Below, piece by piece: positions 1 through 9,382 of a DNA stretch of 64,000 bases. The translations under genes and the position numbers were made by a program. Numbering within the stretch: the first letter of the stretch is position 1; every line of letters starts with the position of its first letter. The notes beneath the pieces are model-generated. The model saw only the letters and a program-made list of their open reading frames with translations, was not told the origin of the DNA and did not search any database. The stretch is from Deltaproteobacteria bacterium (lineage in GTDB: Bacteria; Desulfobacterota; Syntrophia; Syntrophales; UBA2210), in assembly GCA_019313385.1 (NCBI GenBank), contig JAFDBG010000001.1, positions 2,667 through 66,666 of the forward strand, in the 5' to 3' direction.

Positions 1-740
1 AAGATCAGCGCCGTATGCGTCGGGCTCGTGAATCGCTGCATCGAGGTCTGCACCAGAAAGGCGAATATCGTGGCGAAGAGGACGCAGATAACCAGCGCCC
101 ATAGTATTTCATGATGCCAGACCAGAATTTCATTGCCCCCGAATTTTGCCATTAGTATGCTGAAGAAGGCCACTACGCCTATCTGAATAGTTGTGAGCCA
201 GTAGACATCGCTTTCACGCGCGAATCTGCCGGTGAAAATGAGGTGCAGCGCGATGCATGCCGCGCAGGTTATGGCAAGGATGTCTCCTCTGTTAAATGAC
301 CAGCCGCCGTTCGTGCAGAGGAGATAAAGCCCCGCAGCGGCCAGAATTACACCCAGTTTCACGCTGTGGTTTACTGAATGCCTCAAGAGGATGGCTCCGG
401 CTATCGGCACAAGAACGACGTTAAGGCCTGTCAGGAACGCGGTATTCGAGGCGGTTGTATACAGAAGTGCCATGGTCTGAAAAGCGAATGAGCCGAAGAG
501 CAGGGCGCCCATGATCATACCCCCTTTGAGGTATTCTTTTTTGAATGGCCGTCTCAAAATCAGGCAAATCACAAGGAGTATCAAAAACGCCAGACTGAAG
601 CGCTGTGAAAGAAAGAGGAAGACCCCTACCTGCTCCACGGCCTGTTTGACTATTACGAATGTAGTTCCCCAGAAAAATGTAGTGATGAGGAGCAGAAAAT
701 ACGCGCCCAGTCTGCGCGCTTTCCTCGACGAGTTCACCAT
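1..740 (-). CDS. EamA/DMT-family transporter; C-terminal end cut by the window edge
   Basis: This ORF is not in the ORF track because it runs off the edge. My own translation from ATG (740-738) gives MVNSSRKARRLGAYFLLLITTFFWGTTFVIVKQAVEQVGVFLFLSQRFSLAFLILLVICLILRRPF...TASNTAFLTGLNVVLVPIAGAIL...FATIFAFLVQTSMQRFTSPTHTALI. The frame stays open to nt 1. It shows repeated hydrophobic helices and EamA-type motifs. The track ORF 421..798(-) is a different, non-coding frame. Confidence 0.75.
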   Translation of the reverse strand, partial: MVNSSRKARRLGAYFLLLITTFFWGTTFVIVKQAVEQVGVFLFLSQRFSLAFLILLVICLILRRPFKKEYLKGGMIMGALLFGSFAFQTMALLYTTASNTAFLTGLNVVLVPIAGAILLRHSVNHSVKLGVILAAAGLYLLCTNGGWSFNRGDILAITCAACIALHLIFTGRFARESDVYWLTTIQIGVVAFFSILMAKFGGNEILVWHHEILWALVICVLFATIFAFLVQTSMQRFTSPTHTALI

Positions 741-825
741 ATAATTTGTCCCCTTTCAGACATAATCGCCTTATATCGCTTGAATTTTTTAAAAGCAATC
801 AAAATAAATACCACTGTTTTTTGTC

Positions 826-854
826 TTGACAATGGCCCGGCTCAATAGTAGTTA
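826..854 (+). promoter_or_regulatory. candidate sigma70-type promoter of the ABC-transporter operon
   Basis: TTGACA (826-831), a 17-nt spacer, then TAGTTA (849-854), about 40 nt upstream of the start at 893. This is a sequence match only. Confidence 0.35.
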
Positions 855-892
855 CACCCAACAGCAATAAGCTTTTACAAAAGGAGAAAAAC

Positions 893-1648
893 ATGAAGAG
901 TAGCCGTATAATTATCGCTTTACTGGTTGTAATCGGATTTGTTGCAATGCCGGTTATCGGAGGTTCTGCCTTTGCGTCGGAGAAGGTCTATACCATTGCC
1001 ACGGATGCCACATGGCCTCCAATGGAAATGGTTAGCACAGACAAGGAAATTGTAGGATTTGACATTGATTTTTTCAGTGCAGTAGCCAAAGAGGCAGGGT
1101 TTAAGGTGGAATTCAAAAACACCGCGTGGGATGGGATCTTTGCCGGTATTGCCGCTGGCAAATACGACGCCATCATATCCTCTGTCACTATTACTGAAGA
1201 ACGTGAGAAAGTGATGAGTTTCTCTATCCCTTATATCAATGCCGGTCAGGTGCTCATCGTTCCGAAGAAATCGGATGCCGTCACGATCGCCGATCTGGCC
1301 GGAAAGAGTGTGGGCGCCCAGATGGGCACAACAGGTGGCATGGAAGTCAAAAAAGCAAAGGGCGTAGAACTGAAGAGCTATGACGAAATCGGCCTGGCAT
1401 TTGAAGATATGGCAGTGGGACGCATCAACGGCGTTGTCTGCGATACCCCGGTGGCCGCTCAGTACGCACTCCAGCAGGATGAATATAAAGCGAAGTTCAA
1501 GATCGTGGGAGATGTCCTGACAACGGAATACTACGGTATAGCGGTAAACAAGAAGAGCAAAAAACTGCTTAATCTGATCAACAAAGGTATCAAGGCCCTA
1601 CAGGCCAAGGGTATTGACAAACAGTTAGAAGAAAAGTGGCTGAGATAA
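893..1648 (+). CDS. amino-acid ABC transporter, periplasmic substrate-binding protein (family 3 SBP)
   Basis: Signal peptide MKSSRIIIALLVVIGFVAMPVIGGSAFA. Typical SBP_bac_3 segments are present (TDATWPPME..., GFDIDF..., WDGIFAGIAAGKYDAIISSVTIT.ER). It is followed by permease and ATPase genes. Confidence 0.9.
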   Translation: MKSSRIIIALLVVIGFVAMPVIGGSAFASEKVYTIATDATWPPMEMVSTDKEIVGFDIDFFSAVAKEAGFKVEFKNTAWDGIFAGIAAGKYDAIISSVTITEEREKVMSFSIPYINAGQVLIVPKKSDAVTIADLAGKSVGAQMGTTGGMEVKKAKGVELKSYDEIGLAFEDMAVGRINGVVCDTPVAAQYALQQDEYKAKFKIVGDVLTTEYYGIAVNKKSKKLLNLINKGIKALQAKGIDKQLEEKWLR

Positions 1649-2445
1649 AAGAGAAGAAAAAGGAAAAAGAACCGCTACGACCGGTCATAGCGGTTGGCGA
1701 CGGCGCTGCAATCCCCAGCAAGGAAGATGCGGGATTGTTTACGGCCTGGCGGGTTTCTTTCGTAGGCGCTATCGCCATAGTCGCCTATCTGACAATTTCC
1801 AGCCCGGATCCCTACTGGGAGATCTTGAAATTTCTTCCAGACGGGATCCTGGTAACTTTCCAGGTCACCGTAGCGGCGATAATCCTGGCCCTGATCATAG
1901 GGCTCTTTACCGGTCTCGGGAGGGTATCAAAGAACAGGATTATCAACGGGATCGCGTCGCTGTATGTGGAGATCATCCGGGGAATCCCTCTCCTCGTCCA
2001 ATTGTTCTATATCTATTTCGCCCTGGGCCGTATCGTCAATGTGCCCGCCATGGCCAGCGCGATCATCGCGATGGCGGTTTGTTACGGGGCATACATGGGA
2101 GAGATCTTCCGCGCCGGGATCGAAGCTGTCGATAGCGGGCAGATGGAGGCAGCCCGATCTCTTGGGATGACCTCGTCGCAGGCCATGCGTCACGTGATAC
2201 TTCCACAGGCCTTCAAGACTATCCTTCCCCCCATCGGCAACGAGTTTGTGGCGCTTCTGAAGGATTCATCCCTGGTCTCCATACTTGCCGTATCCGACCT
2301 CCTGAGAAGAGGCCGAGAATTTGCCGCCGAATCCTTTAATTATTTTGAAACCTATACGATGGTTGCTCTTGTTTATCTGATTATCACACTCTTGTTATCA
2401 AAACTTATCAGCATCATGGAGGACAGAGTCGGTGTCGACAAATAA
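1636..2445 (+). CDS. amino-acid ABC transporter permease (His/Glu/Gln/Arg/opine family)
   Basis: EAA-loop motif [23 protein letters not shown] plus several TM helices. It overlaps both neighbouring genes, which suggests an operon with translational coupling. Confidence 0.9.
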   Translation: MAEIKEKKKEKEPLRPVIAVGDGAAIPSKEDAGLFTAWRVSFVGAIAIVAYLTISSPDPYWEILKFLPDGILVTFQVTVAAIILALIIGLFTGLGRVSKNRIINGIASLYVEIIRGIPLLVQLFYIYFALGRIVNVPAMASAIIAMAVCYGAYMGEIFRAGIEAVDSGQMEAARSLGMTSSQAMRHVILPQAFKTILPPIGNEFVALLKDSSLVSILAVSDLLRRGREFAAESFNYFETYTMVALVYLIITLLLSKLISIMEDRVGVDK

Positions 2446-3178
2446 AAGCCCCGTCATGGTCGAAATGAAGAATGTATACAAGTACTTCGGGCAGTTGAGA
2501 GCGCTGGATAATGTCTCGCTGGATGTCTTAGACGGCGAAAAGGTGGTCCTCATCGGGCCGAGCGGTTCCGGCAAGAGCACACTGCTGCGATCAATCAACC
2601 AGCTTGAAAAGATAGACCATGGCCACATCATTGTTGACGGTATGGATATCAGCGATCCCGAAACAGACATCAACAAAGTTCGCGAAGAGATAGGGATGGT
2701 CTTCCAGTCCTTCAATGTCTTTCCCCATAAGACCGTTTTGGAAAACATCAACCTTGCCCAGATCATTGTGCGCAAGCGCTCAAAAAAACAGGCGTCGGAA
2801 ATATCCAGAGAACTGCTCAACAAGGTGGGGATTATTGATAAAGTGAACGAGTACCCCGACAAGCTCTCCGGAGGACAGCAACAGCGCGTTGCCATCGCGA
2901 GGGCACTGGCAATGAAACCCAAGATCATGCTTTTCGATGAACCCACATCGGCGCTGGATCCCGAGATGATAGGAGAGGTTCTCGACGTCATGACAAAGCT
3001 GGCGAAGGAAGGAATAACCATGATCGTGGTCACACATGAGATGGGCTTTGCCAGAGAAGTGGCGGACAGGGTTATATTCATGGATTACGGGACGATCATA
3101 GAGGAAGGAACGCCCGAGCACTTCTTCAAAAATCCCACCCAGGAACGTACCAAAATATTCCTCAACCAGATCCTTTAA
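2432..3178 (+). CDS. amino-acid ABC transporter ATP-binding protein (GlnQ-like)
   Basis: Walker [10 protein letters not shown], signature [15 protein letters not shown], and Walker [12 protein letters not shown]. The true start may be the ATG at 2456 ([12 protein letters not shown]). Confidence 0.93.
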   Translation: MSTNKSPVMVEMKNVYKYFGQLRALDNVSLDVLDGEKVVLIGPSGSGKSTLLRSINQLEKIDHGHIIVDGMDISDPETDINKVREEIGMVFQSFNVFPHKTVLENINLAQIIVRKRSKKQASEISRELLNKVGIIDKVNEYPDKLSGGQQQRVAIARALAMKPKIMLFDEPTSALDPEMIGEVLDVMTKLAKEGITMIVVTHEMGFAREVADRVIFMDYGTIIEEGTPEHFFKNPTQERTKIFLNQIL

Positions 3179-3294
3179 AAGTATTGATATCCTCCCAATA
3201 AAAGCTTTCCAACAAAAAATCGTTGTGTTACAAAAAAGGCAAACAATTTATATGATTGTGATCCCGTAATTTTAATCATGCTTGAGGCCCGTGT

Positions 3295-4899
3295 ATGTTC
3301 CAGAACGCTATGATTTTCTCCACCGGTATTATCCTGTTCCTGTTCGGGATGCTGAGGCTGAGTAAAACCGTTCAGCAAAATTTTACGAATATCAGAATCC
3401 GCGAGTACTTCAGTCTTTCAGTAAAGCGACCCGTTTACGGGATTGCGACCGGGATCGTATCGACGATTCTATTCCAGAGCAGTTCGGCAACCACCGCCCT
3501 GACCGTTGGTCTGGTCAGCGCCGGCCTGATAAGTTTTTACCATTCCCTCGGCATTATACTGGGCTCTGATATCGGAACAACTCTCACCGTTCAGCTGGTT
3601 GTCTGGAAGGTTACCGACATATCACCCCTGATTATTATTATCGGCAGCGCCATGTGGCTTGCCGGAAGGGGACGATGGAAGTCCGCTGGAGAGGCTGTCT
3701 TCTTTTTAGGTTTTATGTTCTTTGGCCTTTTTCTCATCTCTCAGGCAACCGGGCCCTTGAAGGCCAGTCAGTCTTTTGTATCTTTTTTCCAGGTCCCATT
3801 GAATCCCTTCTTTGGTCTCTTGATAGGTTTTATTCTGACCGCTATAATACAATCTTCCGCTATTCCCATTGCAACCCTCGCGATCCTGGCCCAGCACGGC
3901 TTGGTTACTATAGATGGAGCCCTTCCGATAATCCTCGGTGCAAACCTCGGCACGTCGGCAACGGCGCTTTTTGCCGGCATAGTCGCGAATATTGATGGGA
4001 AGCGGTGCGCTGTCGCTCATTTCCTGTTCAAATTCTTAGGTATTCTGCTCTTTATGGCGATTCTCCCCTTTTTTATACGTTTCATTGAAACAATATCGCA
4101 GGATATTCCTCAACAGATCGCCTACAGCCACTTTTTCTTCAACCTTGCCCTTGCCGTTGGTTTTACCCCCTTCCTTAAACCATTTTCGCGTCTTATTGAG
4201 AAGCTTATGCCCGGAACGGGAGAGGTCATATCCATGTGGCCGGAATTTCTCGATGAAAGATTTCTGTTACAAACAGAGACCGCTCTCAATTGCGCGCGAA
4301 AGGAACTGCAAAGAGAGATCATGCTCGCGCAGAAGATGTTTGCCAAAGCTATCAGCCTGATACCGGATTTCAGGGAAAAGAACAGGAATGATCTTAACTA
4401 TATTGAACTTGTAGTTGACAATCTGCACAGAGCGATAGGTGATTATCTCTACAAGATCTCCAGGGAACCGGTTTCTCCTGAGATATTTAAGCGGCTTTTT
4501 CTGTTCTCTTCGATGGGTGATGATATCGAGCGGATCGCGGATCATGCGGTAAACATTTCTGTATTGTCCGAACGTAAACATCGAAGAGAAATAGGTTTTT
4601 CCGATGCGGCGGCGGAGGATCTGAAGGCAATAGAGAATCTGGTGTCTAAGAATATCGAAGCCGCAGTATCACTGATCGACAGGGATGACAGAAATACAAT
4701 AAACGATATTATCCGGCGGGAACAAGAGGTCAACCTTGAGGTAAAAGAGGCCAAAGACAGGCATCTCGAACGGTACTACGAGGAACTCTGCCACGCGGAA
4801 GCCGGTCCGATTTTCGTGGAGATACTCATGAACCTTGAACGGATTTCCGATCATTGTGAAAATATCGCCGAGGATTTTCAGGATATGGATAACGTCTAA
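3295..4899 (+). CDS. Na+/phosphate cotransporter family protein with C-terminal PhoU-like domain (paralog 1)
   Basis: The N-terminal half is polytopic with the NptA-type repeats QSSSATTALTVGLV and IQSSAIPIATL. The C-terminal half is soluble and helical with PhoU-like repeats (DDIERIADHAVNI, LERISDHCENIAED). Confidence 0.85.
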   Translation: MFQNAMIFSTGIILFLFGMLRLSKTVQQNFTNIRIREYFSLSVKRPVYGIATGIVSTILFQSSSATTALTVGLVSAGLISFYHSLGIILGSDIGTTLTVQLVVWKVTDISPLIIIIGSAMWLAGRGRWKSAGEAVFFLGFMFFGLFLISQATGPLKASQSFVSFFQVPLNPFFGLLIGFILTAIIQSSAIPIATLAILAQHGLVTIDGALPIILGANLGTSATALFAGIVANIDGKRCAVAHFLFKFLGILLFMAILPFFIRFIETISQDIPQQIAYSHFFFNLALAVGFTPFLKPFSRLIEKLMPGTGEVISMWPEFLDERFLLQTETALNCARKELQREIMLAQKMFAKAISLIPDFREKNRNDLNYIELVVDNLHRAIGDYLYKISREPVSPEIFKRLFLFSSMGDDIERIADHAVNISVLSERKHRREIGFSDAAAEDLKAIENLVSKNIEAAVSLIDRDDRNTINDIIRREQEVNLEVKEAKDRHLERYYEELCHAEAGPIFVEILMNLERISDHCENIAEDFQDMDNV

Positions 4900-6089
4900 T
4901 TCTTCGACATCAGGTGGCTTACGGCGCCGTCCAGTCCGTCCAGGGTAAGCTCAAACATGGGGAATACCTTCCTTATAACATCAGTGGTCCATGTATGCTC
5001 CCATGCGCGTTTGGAATTCGGATTGAGCCAGACGCAGTGATGAAAGGTTTGAGCAAGGAACTGGAGGGTCTCAATGCTGGGCTTCCGCTTTTTTTCGCCG
5101 AAATAGATGGACCCCCCTTCATACATCAGTTCATAAGGCGCCATGCTGGCATCACCTACGATAACAATTCTCGTATCGGGATCTTTCTTTATGAAGTCTG
5201 TGATCATCTCCGAGTTGCGATACCGGGCGGCGTCAGCCCAAACCCTGTCGTAGATGGTGTTGTGAAAGAAGTAGGTCTTAAGGTCCTTGAACTGGTTTCT
5301 CGCGTAATTGAAGAGTGTCTGCACCATGGGGATATAGGGATCCATGGACCAGCCGCCGTTGTCAATCAGCAGGATGACCTTCAGCCGGTCCGCGAGGCGG
5401 CGGTCAAAGATGATCTCTACGTCGCCGGCATTCTTCATGGTCTTATAAATCGTCTTGTCGACATTGACCATGTCCATAGGCCCGGCAGGCACCATCCGGC
5501 GGAGCTTTTTCAACGCCTCCCCCATCTGTGACTGGGTTAGGGGGCCCTCCTGGGAGTAATCACGGTAGCGCCGGTCGAGGGCCACCTTGGTCGCCGATTT
5601 GTTATGTGAGACGCCCCCGACACGCATCCCCCCGGGATGAAACCCGGAGTGTCCCACGGGCGAGGTACCGCCGGTGCCGATCCATTTTTTCCCGCCTTGG
5701 TGGGCCTCGGTCTGATCCTTGATACGATCGAGAAAATACTGCTCCAGCTCTTCGGGGGTCAGCTTCTGTAGATCCTCCTCTTTGACGCCGAGTGCGTCGG
5801 CGACCGCCTCCGGATTTTTCAGCCATTCATCCAAGAGCAGCTTCGTCATCTCGTTCAACTCTATCTCGTCGGGATCGGGAAGTTCCACCCCTTCGAAGTG
5901 GTGCGCGAAGATCTGATCATATATGTCGAAGTACCGCTCACTCTTGACCAGCAGGGCACGGGCAACGACATAGAAATTGTTCAGGGAGCGAATAGCCCCC
6001 AGCCGCATGGCCTGCTGCAACCTGAGAAAAGAGGTGGGGGTTACCGGGATCCCCCGATCCCTGAGGCTATAGAAGAAACTGACAAACAC
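4896..6089 (-). CDS. VWA domain protein, CoxE-like (partner of a MoxR-type ATPase)
   Basis: 397 aa. The C-terminal segment ILLIDNGGWSMDPY...VIVGDASMAPYEL is typical of the VWA_CoxE family. It lies directly downstream of a MoxR-like AAA+ gene on the same strand. Confidence 0.8.
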   Translation of the reverse strand: MFVSFFYSLRDRGIPVTPTSFLRLQQAMRLGAIRSLNNFYVVARALLVKSERYFDIYDQIFAHHFEGVELPDPDEIELNEMTKLLLDEWLKNPEAVADALGVKEEDLQKLTPEELEQYFLDRIKDQTEAHQGGKKWIGTGGTSPVGHSGFHPGGMRVGGVSHNKSATKVALDRRYRDYSQEGPLTQSQMGEALKKLRRMVPAGPMDMVNVDKTIYKTMKNAGDVEIIFDRRLADRLKVILLIDNGGWSMDPYIPMVQTLFNYARNQFKDLKTYFFHNTIYDRVWADAARYRNSEMITDFIKKDPDTRIVIVGDASMAPYELMYEGGSIYFGEKKRKPSIETLQFLAQTFHHCVWLNPNSKRAWEHTWTTDVIRKVFPMFELTLDGLDGAVSHLMSKN

Positions 6090-6125
6090 AATCCTTACTC
6101 CTGTGGGGCTGCCGTATGGCGACCC

Positions 6126-6974
6126 CTACCTGCGAGAACGGCTAATGGCATTGCCCACCAGCTTCATGTCCGGACTCTTCTTATACAGAACGCCCAGATA
6201 GGGAACATTCCCCTGCTCAAGGAGCGACAGCTTGAAATCGGGGTCGGCCTTCAGCGCCCGTATCCAGTTGATCAATTCCCGGGTGGCGGGTTTCTTTTCT
6301 ATCCCTTCCAGTTTCCTCAGACCGTAAAAGTTCTTGACGCAGGCATCCATAATCTCCTTCTTCAGATCGGGGAAGTGGACACCGATAATCTTGCGCATGG
6401 TCTCCTCCCCCGGGAAGGCGATGTGGTGGAAATTGCACCGACCGAGGAAGGGATCGGAGAGATCCTTCTTGGCGTTGGAGGTGATGATGATAACGGGACG
6501 GTTTTTCGCGGAGATGGTCTTGTCTACCTCCATAATATCGAATTCCATCTGATCAAGAACGTCCAGCATGTCATCCTGGAAATCCGTGTCGGCCTTGTCG
6601 ATCTCGTCAATCAAAAGGACCGTCTTGACATCCGAGACAAAGGCCTGCCCGATCTTTCCCATCTTGATATATTCTTCGATATTGCTGACCTCCCTGCTGG
6701 AGTCACTGAAGCGGCTGTCGTTGAGCCGCGTCAGGGTGTCGTACTGGTAGAGCGCGTCCACCAGCTTCATGCTCGATTTCACATTCAGGATAATCAGGGG
6801 CATGCCGAGGCTCTCCGCGATGGCGTAAGCCAGCATGGTCTTGCCCGTTCCCGGTTCGCCCTTGAGAAGAAGAGGCATCTCCAGGGCCATTGAGACATTA
6901 ACAATCTCGGCAAGTTCGTCATCGAGAATGTACTTGTTGGCACCCCGAAACCTGCTAAAGTTATTTTGAACCAT
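6126..6974 (-). CDS. MoxR-like AAA+ ATPase (CoxD/CbbQ-type)
   Basis: Walker A LLKGEPGTGKT and Walker B VLLIDEIDKA. The 282-aa size is typical of a small MoxR ATPase paired with a VWA protein. Confidence 0.85.
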   Translation of the reverse strand: MVQNNFSRFRGANKYILDDELAEIVNVSMALEMPLLLKGEPGTGKTMLAYAIAESLGMPLIILNVKSSMKLVDALYQYDTLTRLNDSRFSDSSREVSNIEEYIKMGKIGQAFVSDVKTVLLIDEIDKADTDFQDDMLDVLDQMEFDIMEVDKTISAKNRPVIIITSNAKKDLSDPFLGRCNFHHIAFPGEETMRKIIGVHFPDLKKEIMDACVKNFYGLRKLEGIEKKPATRELINWIRALKADPDFKLSLLEQGNVPYLGVLYKKSPDMKLVGNAISRSRR

Positions 6975-7316
6975 GATTTTCGAATCCTTTTGTTTTTGTA
7001 TTTGTTATCACAAACAGTAAACGGTGAGACTCGGATCTCGAACCTCACCCGTGGCTTACCACGCCGCTTTGCCCCTCGCAATGGCAATCCTGAACCTTCT
7101 ATTAAACATCCCCCTGTCCACAGAGACGCCATGGCAGGTTACAAACCATACCATATCTATACCCGAATCTAACAGGGGGGGGTCATATCAGAATATGGCT
7201 GAAAATGAAAACAAAATGACAACCCTGCCGGATTTTGTGCGGCACTATACTGCCGCAAGCTCCTCAAGGCTCTCGCAGTCGAGCACTCTTATATGTTTCC
7301 CCTTATCAAACTCAGA

Positions 7317-9128
7317 TCAGTCCTTCAACTTGGAGTGTCGCTTGCTCTTATCCAGTTCCATCTTGCGCAGGCGGATACTTTGGGGGGTAACTTCAATCAG
7401 CTCGTCTTCGGCAATGAACTCTATGAACTGATCCAGCGACAGGCGTCGCGGCGGGCGCAGGCTTACAGTGGCATCTGATGTGGAACTGCGCATGTTCGTC
7501 AGATGTTTTTCCTTGATGATATTTACATTCAGGTCACCGGGCTTATTTCGCTCTCCGATAATCATGCCGGTATAGACTTCAGTTCCAATTTCGACCAGGA
7601 GCTCTCCCCGATCCTCCATGGCGAGGCACGCGTAAGGTGTAACCCTTCCCGCTCTATCGGCAACCAGCGTTCCATTCGCCCTCTGAGGAATCTTGCCGAA
7701 CCACGGCCCATATCCTTCAAAGATCGTATTCATGACACCGGCACCTTTTGTATCGGTTAGAAAGTGGTTCCTAAAACCGATTAATCCACGCGACGGTATG
7801 ATAAACTCAAGTTTAGTATGTCCACTTCCTTTGTTGATCAGGTTTGTCATGCGTCCCTTCCGCTTGGAAATTGCTTCCGTGATGATACCGATAAACTCTT
7901 CCGGAATATCGGCGAAAAGACGTTCGATAGGTTCAAGAACCTGACCTTTCTCTTCTTTTGTAATCACCTGAGGTTTGGATACCATAAATTCGTACCCTTC
8001 CCTGCGCATGGTTTCGATGAGAATGGCCATCTGTAGTTCCCCACGACCACAGACCTCAAACGTGTCGTTTCGCGCAAAGAGCTTGACCTTCAAGGCAACA
8101 TTCCGCAGGGTTTCTTTTTCCAGACGGTCTTTCAGGTGCCGAGACGTCAGGTACTTGCCTTCAGTCCCGGCCATGGGACCGTTGTTGACATAAAAATTCA
8201 TTGAGACCGTAGGCTCATCAATATAGATGCGGGGAAGCGGCACTGGCTGTTCAAGGGAGGATATCGTGTCGCCGATTACCACATTATCAACGCCGGCAAT
8301 AGCGATAATATCTCCCGATTCCACTCTGTCAACCGGTAGTCTTCTTAACCCTTCAAAGGTATAAAGGGCCGAAAATTTTACTCCCGGTGTAACTTTTTCC
8401 TCTCCGCACAGGGAATAACTCGCGTTCATCTCCAGGATGCCGTTAGTCAATCGGCCAAGGGCAATCTGTCCGACATACGGATCGTAGTCGAGATTTGTTA
8501 CCAGAAGCTGCGGGACTGCGTCATCATCCGCCTGTGGTGCTGGGACATGAGAGATAATTGTATCGAACAGCAGCTGTAAATCGGCAGAGGCATCCTCCGG
8601 TTTTCTGTGGGCAACTCCCGTTTTGGCATTGGTGTAAAGTATGGGAAACTCTATCTGCGCTTCAGTAGCATCAAGATCTATAAAAAGATCGTATACTTCA
8701 TTGATGACCTCTGCTATCCTGGAATCGCTGCGGTCGATCTTGTTGATGACCACGATAATGGGCAGATGTTTGGCAAGCGCCTTCTTGACAACAAAACGGG
8801 TCTGAGGCAGCGGGCCTTCACTGGCATCAACGAGCAGGATCGCCCCATCGACCAGATTAAGGCTCCTTTCTACTTCTCCACCGAAATCAGCATGACCGGG
8901 TGTGTCAACAACATTGATCTTGACATCGCCGTACCAGAGAGCAGTGTTTTTCGCAGTGATCGTGATGCCCCGCTCCCGTTCGAGATCCATAGAATCCATG
9001 ACGCGTTCCACTATCAGCTGGTTTTTTCTGAAAGTACCACTCTGATTGAGCATTCCGTCGAGAAGAGTTGTCTTTCCGTGATCGACGTGGGCAATGATTG
9101 CAATATTTCTGATATGGTCTTTTTGCAT
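7317..9128 (-). CDS. typA: translational GTPase TypA/BipA
   Basis: G1 motif AIIAHVDHGKTTL, then DTPGHADFGGEV and NKID. The 603-aa length and EF-G-like domain order fit TypA/BipA. Confidence 0.95.
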   Translation of the reverse strand: MQKDHIRNIAIIAHVDHGKTTLLDGMLNQSGTFRKNQLIVERVMDSMDLERERGITITAKNTALWYGDVKINVVDTPGHADFGGEVERSLNLVDGAILLVDASEGPLPQTRFVVKKALAKHLPIIVVINKIDRSDSRIAEVINEVYDLFIDLDATEAQIEFPILYTNAKTGVAHRKPEDASADLQLLFDTIISHVPAPQADDDAVPQLLVTNLDYDPYVGQIALGRLTNGILEMNASYSLCGEEKVTPGVKFSALYTFEGLRRLPVDRVESGDIIAIAGVDNVVIGDTISSLEQPVPLPRIYIDEPTVSMNFYVNNGPMAGTEGKYLTSRHLKDRLEKETLRNVALKVKLFARNDTFEVCGRGELQMAILIETMRREGYEFMVSKPQVITKEEKGQVLEPIERLFADIPEEFIGIITEAISKRKGRMTNLINKGSGHTKLEFIIPSRGLIGFRNHFLTDTKGAGVMNTIFEGYGPWFGKIPQRANGTLVADRAGRVTPYACLAMEDRGELLVEIGTEVYTGMIIGERNKPGDLNVNIIKEKHLTNMRSSTSDATVSLRPPRRLSLDQFIEFIAEDELIEVTPQSIRLRKMELDKSKRHSKLKD

Positions 9129-9163
9129 GTTTGTTGTTTAAGTCTCCATTTAAATAATATAAA

Positions 9164-9191
9164 CCCCGGTTTGATCTGGTCAAAACCGGGG
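9164..9191 (-). promoter_or_regulatory. stem-loop in the typA 5' leader
   Basis: The minus strand reads CCCCGGTTT-[10 nt]-AAACCGGGG, a 9-bp GC-rich stem. TTTATATTATTT follows immediately, then the GGAG RBS and the ATG (9128). It looks like a terminator placed inside a leader. Confidence 0.3.
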
Positions 9192-9382
9192 AGATGCCCT
9201 TTAGCAGAAAGTGAAACGAAAAGCCATTTATTTTTATGTGAAGAATCGGGTACCTCGGATTGGTGACCCATTATAAACCGGACGGTTCTATTTGATGGCA
9301 GCACTTGTTTCTGACAAATTCCCTTATTTTGTTGCTTTTTATAAAAATGGAGATAGACTAGAGGTGAAAGGAGTTTACACCA

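Noticed and set aside
421-798. 125-aa minus-strand ORF in the track at the left edge
   Set aside because: It is in the wrong frame. The neighbouring frame, starting at 740, encodes a coherent EamA-type membrane protein that runs off the window, which is why the track missed it.
5898-6893. 331-aa plus-strand ORF overlapping the MoxR ATPase and VWA genes
   Set aside because: It is antisense to two genes with clear Walker and VWA motifs. The product has no recognisable features.
7021-7110. tRNA- or tmRNA-like T-loop string (minus strand GGTTCGAGATCC) and a possible riboswitch (cobalamin, TPP or SRP-like) upstream of the MoxR gene
   Set aside because: I could not build a cloverleaf: no complementary T-stem, acceptor stem or anticodon arm around the motif. 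The B12-box, TPP and SRP consensus strings are absent. Only a generic GGTGAG...CTCACC stem-loop remains, and it is mentioned under the MoxR finding.
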